Of a stretch of DNA of 64,000 nt, positions 60,005-64,000 are shown one piece after another. The stretch comes from Syntrophales bacterium (GTDB taxonomy: Bacteria; Desulfobacterota; Syntrophia; Syntrophales; PHBD01). Each line of letters opens with the position of its first letter. Positions within the stretch are counted from its first letter, which is position 1. The notes below the pieces were generated by a model. It had not been told where the DNA came from. It saw only the letters and a list, made by a program, of their open reading frames with translations, and searched no databases. The stretch spans positions 4,064,001 through 4,128,000 of the forward strand of contig OY764159.1 of the NCBI GenBank assembly GCA_963668175.1, read 5' to 3'. The position numbers and the translations under genes were made by a program.

Positions 60005-61410
60005 TCAGACAGCTTTTCAAAGACAGCCTTATCTACGGAACGGCGAGCATCCTCTCCCAGGGAATCCCGATCCTCATCGTTCCCATTTATACCCGCTTCT
60101 TGTCGCCGGACAGTTACGGCGGCATGGATATGCTCGCCGTCTTTGCCGCCTTGATCAACGTCACGGTAGCCCTCGAAATATCGCAGGGCATGGCCCGGTC
60201 CTACGCCGATATCAAAACCGAAGACGAAAGAACAAGGTATGCATCGACAGCCCTGTGGTTTTCCGTCGCCGCCTACCTGCTCTTCGCCGTCCTGGCCGTC
60301 CTTTTTTCAGGACCGCTGACGCGGCTGCTCCTCGATTCGGGAAACTGGGAGTGGATTTTTCAGGTCGCCGTCATCGCCATGACCGTCAACGGAATATCCT
60401 TTTTTCTGCAGAACCAGCTTCGCTGGCTCCTCAAACCCGCGGCTTATGCCGTCTCGAGCATCGTCTATGCCGTGACGGCGACGGGGATCGCTATTTTTCT
60501 TATCGCAGCGCTCAACTGGGGGGTCATCGGCGTCTTTTACGGCCAGATCATCGGTGCCGCCGTCAGCGGGCTCATTGCGTACCTGGCGGCCCGGAACATG
60601 TTCGCCATGACCTTCGATGCGGGAAGGTGCAGAGAAATGCTTTCATTCTCGATCCCACTGGTGCCTTCGAGCATCTCCGTCCTGGCGGCCAACTACGTCG
60701 ACCGAATCGCCATCAAGTCTTTCATGACGCTGGCGGACGTCGGCATCTACGGCGTGGGATTCCGCTTCGCCTCGGTGGTCAATCTGCTGATGGTGGGCTT
60801 TTACAGCGCACTGACGCCGCTCGTTTACCAGAATTACCGGGACACATCGACACCCGGAAATCTGGAACGGATATTCAGATACTTCCTTGCAGGAACATTG
60901 CCGCTGATCGTCGCCATATCGCTCTTTTCCCGGGAAATCGTCGGACTGTTCGCCGCTCCGGAATATGGTGCCGCCTGGCTGGTGATCCCCATTCTCGCCG
61001 CCGCATCCGTGTTATCGAGGATGTACATATTCGCCCCCGGCCTGGACATTGCGAAAAAGACGGGTGTCATTGCGTCCATCAACATCATCGCGGCCCTTGT
61101 CAATATCGTCCTGAATATCGCCATGATTCCCGTTCTCGGTCTTGCGGGCTCCGCCCTTGCCACCCTGGCCGGCTTCAGCGTCATGTTTGCGGCCTACCTG
61201 GTCATCGGTCAGAAGCACTATCCGGTACCCCATCGCTGGCCGGCCATAGGCGCAGCTATCCTGATATCCTCGGCCGCATCGGCAGCTGTCTATTGCCTGG
61301 AAGCGAAAACCTCGAACACCGTCTTGATTTTTAAGGTGCTCATTCTGGCGGCTGCGTCGGCCGTCGTGTTCCGGCTGCTGAAGAACAGGACCGAAAGGGC
61401 AATGGGTTGA
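60001..61410 (+). CDS. Wzx/MOP-family oligosaccharide flippase
   Basis: PIYTRFLSPDSYG, DRIAI...VGIYG; multiple TM segments throughout. Confidence 0.88.
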   Translation: MIRQLFKDSLIYGTASILSQGIPILIVPIYTRFLSPDSYGGMDMLAVFAALINVTVALEISQGMARSYADIKTEDERTRYASTALWFSVAAYLLFAVLAVLFSGPLTRLLLDSGNWEWIFQVAVIAMTVNGISFFLQNQLRWLLKPAAYAVSSIVYAVTATGIAIFLIAALNWGVIGVFYGQIIGAAVSGLIAYLAARNMFAMTFDAGRCREMLSFSIPLVPSSISVLAANYVDRIAIKSFMTLADVGIYGVGFRFASVVNLLMVGFYSALTPLVYQNYRDTSTPGNLERIFRYFLAGTLPLIVAISLFSREIVGLFAAPEYGAAWLVIPILAAASVLSRMYIFAPGLDIAKKTGVIASINIIAALVNIVLNIAMIPVLGLAGSALATLAGFSVMFAAYLVIGQKHYPVPHRWPAIGAAILISSAASAAVYCLEAKTSNTVLIFKVLILAAASAVVFRLLKNRTERAMG

Positions 61411-61411
61411 T

Positions 61412-63076
61412 ATGGTCAAAAAGCTCCCCGCCTTGAGAATGCCCGATTCGACCGTCTTCGGCAACCGTGCTCGCCGACCCGTCTGGAAAGATCTCCTGGC
61501 CTTTCTGGTCATCGTCGCGGTCGTGGCTGCCATATACGGCAACGGCCTGCATGCCGATTGGCATCTCGACGATTTCGACAACATCGTCAACAATCCGAAC
61601 GTGCATCTGAAGAGTCTTTCCCGGCAAGGAATAGAGAAGTCCCTGCACGGCATGGAGAAGTCGGGCGGTCATATTTCCCGGCCGGTGTCGTACCTGAGTT
61701 TCGCTCTCAATTACTGCACCGGCGGGCTTAACGTCTTCGGATATCATGCCGTCAACATAGCCATCCACGGCCTGGTGTCGATCGTTCTGTTTCTTCTGAT
61801 TCGCAACATCCTCCTTCTTCCGATCTTTGAAGGCCGTTACGAAAAGCAGGCATCCGCCATCGCCCTTGCGGCCACGGTGCTGTGGGCGACCAGCCCCGTT
61901 CAGGTAACGGCCGTTACCTATATCGTCCAGAGAATGGCCAGCCTGGCAGGCCTCTTCTATATCCTGACCCTCTATCTTTACATGAAGGCAAGGACCTCGC
62001 AAAAACGGGGACAAAGAATCATATGGGCCGCCGCCGGCGTTCTGTCCGCCTTGTGCGCATTCGGATCGAAGGAAAACACCCTTATGCTTCCCGTTATTCT
62101 GCTTCTTTTCGATCTCCTTCTGCTCAGAGAATTCCCGCTGAGGCGCGCCGGGGCGATCCTGATCATGGCGGGCTTATTTGCTCTTGCCGTCCTGACGGCT
62201 GCCTTCTGCTTCCTGGACTTTTCGACCGTTGCGGGGAATTACGACATCCGGCCGTTTACCATGGGAGAGCGGCTGCTTACCGAGCCAAGGGTCCTTTTTC
62301 TCTATGCGTCGCTTCTCCTCTTCCCTCTCCCTTCCAGGCTGATGCTCTATCACGATATCACCTGGTCCACATCATTTCTAAGCCCGCCGGCAACCGCAAT
62401 GGCCGTCATCGCCATAGGCGTTCTTTTTCTGCTGTGCATTGCGTTATCCCGAATGAAGCCCCTGATAGTCTTCTGCATCCTCTTCTTCCTGCTCAACCAC
62501 ATCATCGAGGGTTCTTTCATTTCGCTCGAATTGATCTTCGAACACCGGAATTATATCCCTTCCATGTTCTTCTTTCTCCCGTTGGTGTTGGCGGCCGCCG
62601 GCGTCCTTAACAGGAAGAAAGCGTACGTGGCCCTGAAAACATTGCTTGTTGGATTATTTGTCTTCACCGTGGTTTTTCAGATGTACGGAACCGTTACGCG
62701 CAACGCGACCTTTGCGACCCGGATCGGTCTTCTCGCGGACAACAGCGCCAAAGCACCCCGCTTAAGCGTCATTCATCACAATCTCGGCGTTGAGTATTAC
62801 AACAGGCAGATGTACCGGGAGGCTTACGACGCTTACACGAAGGCGCTTCAGGAAAACCGCTACATGAATCTCCAGCAGAAGGGATTGACGTACTACAATC
62901 TCGGTCTTTATTTTCAGTATGTCGCCAAGGATGCGAAACAGGCCCAGGCATACTACGAAGAGGCCAAGCATTACACGACGGAAATGGACGATGCCATTAC
63001 GCAACAACGGCTGCATAACGACGACGGGCATCGCGGAAAAGCAAAGCAAGAGAAACCGTCTGCCCCGCGGTCATGA
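61412..63076 (+). CDS. TMTC-like GT-C membrane glycosyltransferase with C-terminal TPRs
   Basis: LDD motif after TM1, SRPVSYLSFALNY, GYHAVNIAIH, AVTYIVQR, SKE, EHRNYIPS; TPR motifs HNLG and YNLG. Confidence 0.72.
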   Translation: MVKKLPALRMPDSTVFGNRARRPVWKDLLAFLVIVAVVAAIYGNGLHADWHLDDFDNIVNNPNVHLKSLSRQGIEKSLHGMEKSGGHISRPVSYLSFALNYCTGGLNVFGYHAVNIAIHGLVSIVLFLLIRNILLLPIFEGRYEKQASAIALAATVLWATSPVQVTAVTYIVQRMASLAGLFYILTLYLYMKARTSQKRGQRIIWAAAGVLSALCAFGSKENTLMLPVILLLFDLLLLREFPLRRAGAILIMAGLFALAVLTAAFCFLDFSTVAGNYDIRPFTMGERLLTEPRVLFLYASLLLFPLPSRLMLYHDITWSTSFLSPPATAMAVIAIGVLFLLCIALSRMKPLIVFCILFFLLNHIIEGSFISLELIFEHRNYIPSMFFFLPLVLAAAGVLNRKKAYVALKTLLVGLFVFTVVFQMYGTVTRNATFATRIGLLADNSAKAPRLSVIHHNLGVEYYNRQMYREAYDAYTKALQENRYMNLQQKGLTYYNLGLYFQYVAKDAKQAQAYYEEAKHYTTEMDDAITQQRLHNDDGHRGKAKQEKPSAPRS

Positions 63077-63122
63077 TATGCATCGGCCGCGACTCCGGCA
63101 AAACGCCGCCGGGGATGTAGAC

Positions 63123-64000
63123 TCACTCACGGGACGTCAAGCGTGCACGGAGAAATTCTCTGAACAAGCCATAATCGTTGTCCAGGAATTCCGGCTCGCC
63201 CGTCCGGAGATCGATATCACTCATGCTCTTGGGCACGTCGGGGACGATGCCGAGAAGGTCCTTGATTTCATCAGGAAACTTGGCCGGATGGGCTGTCTCC
63301 AGGGAAACGCTTAATTTCGCATCCCCCCGGTCCCGGATATATTTTTCCAGCCCCAGCCAGCCCACGGCGCCGTGCGGTTCCAGAATGACGCCGTACATAT
63401 CGTAGGCCCTCTTGATCGTCTCCCGTGTTTCCCCATCGGACACGCTCACAGAGTAGATATGACGTCTCATTGTTTCAACGTCAGGATAACGGTGAACAGC
63501 GCCGTTGCGGTCGACAGTCCCGCCGTACAGGTCGAAGAAACGGGCCAGATTGCTGGGATGACCGACGTTCATGGCATTGGAGAGACAGGCCCGCGACGGC
63601 GATACTTTCTGATAGATGCCGGTCTTCAAGTAGTTCGGAAATTCGTCGTTTTCATTGGTCGGCATGACGAGCGTCCGGACCGGTAAGCCCATGCGCCGTG
63701 CAAATTCGCACCCCAGCGCATCGCCGAAATTGCCGGAAGGTACGGAAAAAACGATCTCGTCGTCCGGTCCCGCCAGCTTCGCGTAAGCATACACGTAATA
63801 GACAATCTGGGGAAGGATCCTGCCGAAATTGATGGAATTGGCCGATGTCAGGTTCAAACCGTCCAGGTCCGGGTCGGCAAAGGCTTGCTTGACAAGATTC
63901 TGGCAGTCGTCGAATTTGCCGTCCACGGAAACGGCCTGGACATTATCTCCGATCGTATCGAGCTGCTTCTTCTGCCTGCCGCTGACTTCGGCCCGGGGGT
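63123..64000 (-). CDS. thrC: Threonine synthase, 5' part outside the window
   Basis: FDDCQ, SANSINFGR, VPSGNFG, SNAMNVGHPSN, EPHGAV, LETAHPAKF. Confidence 0.92.
   Translation of the reverse strand, partial: PRAEVSGRQKKQLDTIGDNVQAVSVDGKFDDCQNLVKQAFADPDLDGLNLTSANSINFGRILPQIVYYVYAYAKLAGPDDEIVFSVPSGNFGDALGCEFARRMGLPVRTLVMPTNENDEFPNYLKTGIYQKVSPSRACLSNAMNVGHPSNLARFFDLYGGTVDRNGAVHRYPDVETMRRHIYSVSVSDGETRETIKRAYDMYGVILEPHGAVGWLGLEKYIRDRGDAKLSVSLETAHPAKFPDEIKDLLGIVPDVPKSMSDIDLRTGEPEFLDNDYGLFREFLRARLTSRE

Noticed and set aside
1..64000. CRISPR arrays, tRNA/rRNA, IS elements, prophage, recognisable defence islands
   Set aside because: No regularly spaced repeats, cloverleaf signatures, transposase, integrase or phage motifs seen by eye; small ncRNAs could have been missed.

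Overview
GC-rich (mid/high-50s % by eye) bacterial chromosomal segment. Gene content and gene style suggest an anaerobic Desulfobacterota/'deltaproteobacterium', possibly Syntrophales (inference). In order: a 3'-truncated PHA-synthase-like gene missed by the ORF track; a Nudix hydrolase; recD-recB and recC separated by an HD-domain alarmone-hydrolase-like gene, a cytochrome c lipoprotein and a D-Ala-D-Ala dipeptidase; a stand-alone mitochondrial-like (spdEFG1-type) fusA with a terminator-like leader and a downstream RecA/KaiC-fold ATPase; a methyltransferase-YkgJ fusion; a TetR/TolC/HlyD/ABC-2 efflux operon carrying a CheX-like DUF3334 gene; adaA-alkA and ogt; an archaeal-type purD with purH-purE-tsaC; hpt; lysS-lolE-lolD-bamA-skp-lpxD-lpxA-lpxB-msbA-lpxK; a 12-gene rare amino-sugar glycosylation cluster ending in a Wzx flippase and a TMTC-like GT-C transferase; and a truncated thrC. 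No rRNA, tRNA, CRISPR array, prophage or transposase was seen. The best candidate for an undescribed system is the glycosylation cluster, which may be a lipid-phosphate-linked route to protein or lipid A glycosylation and includes a PIN-like/DegT fusion. The EF-G/ATPase/attenuator unit is second. All family assignments are by eye from motifs, not from database searches.
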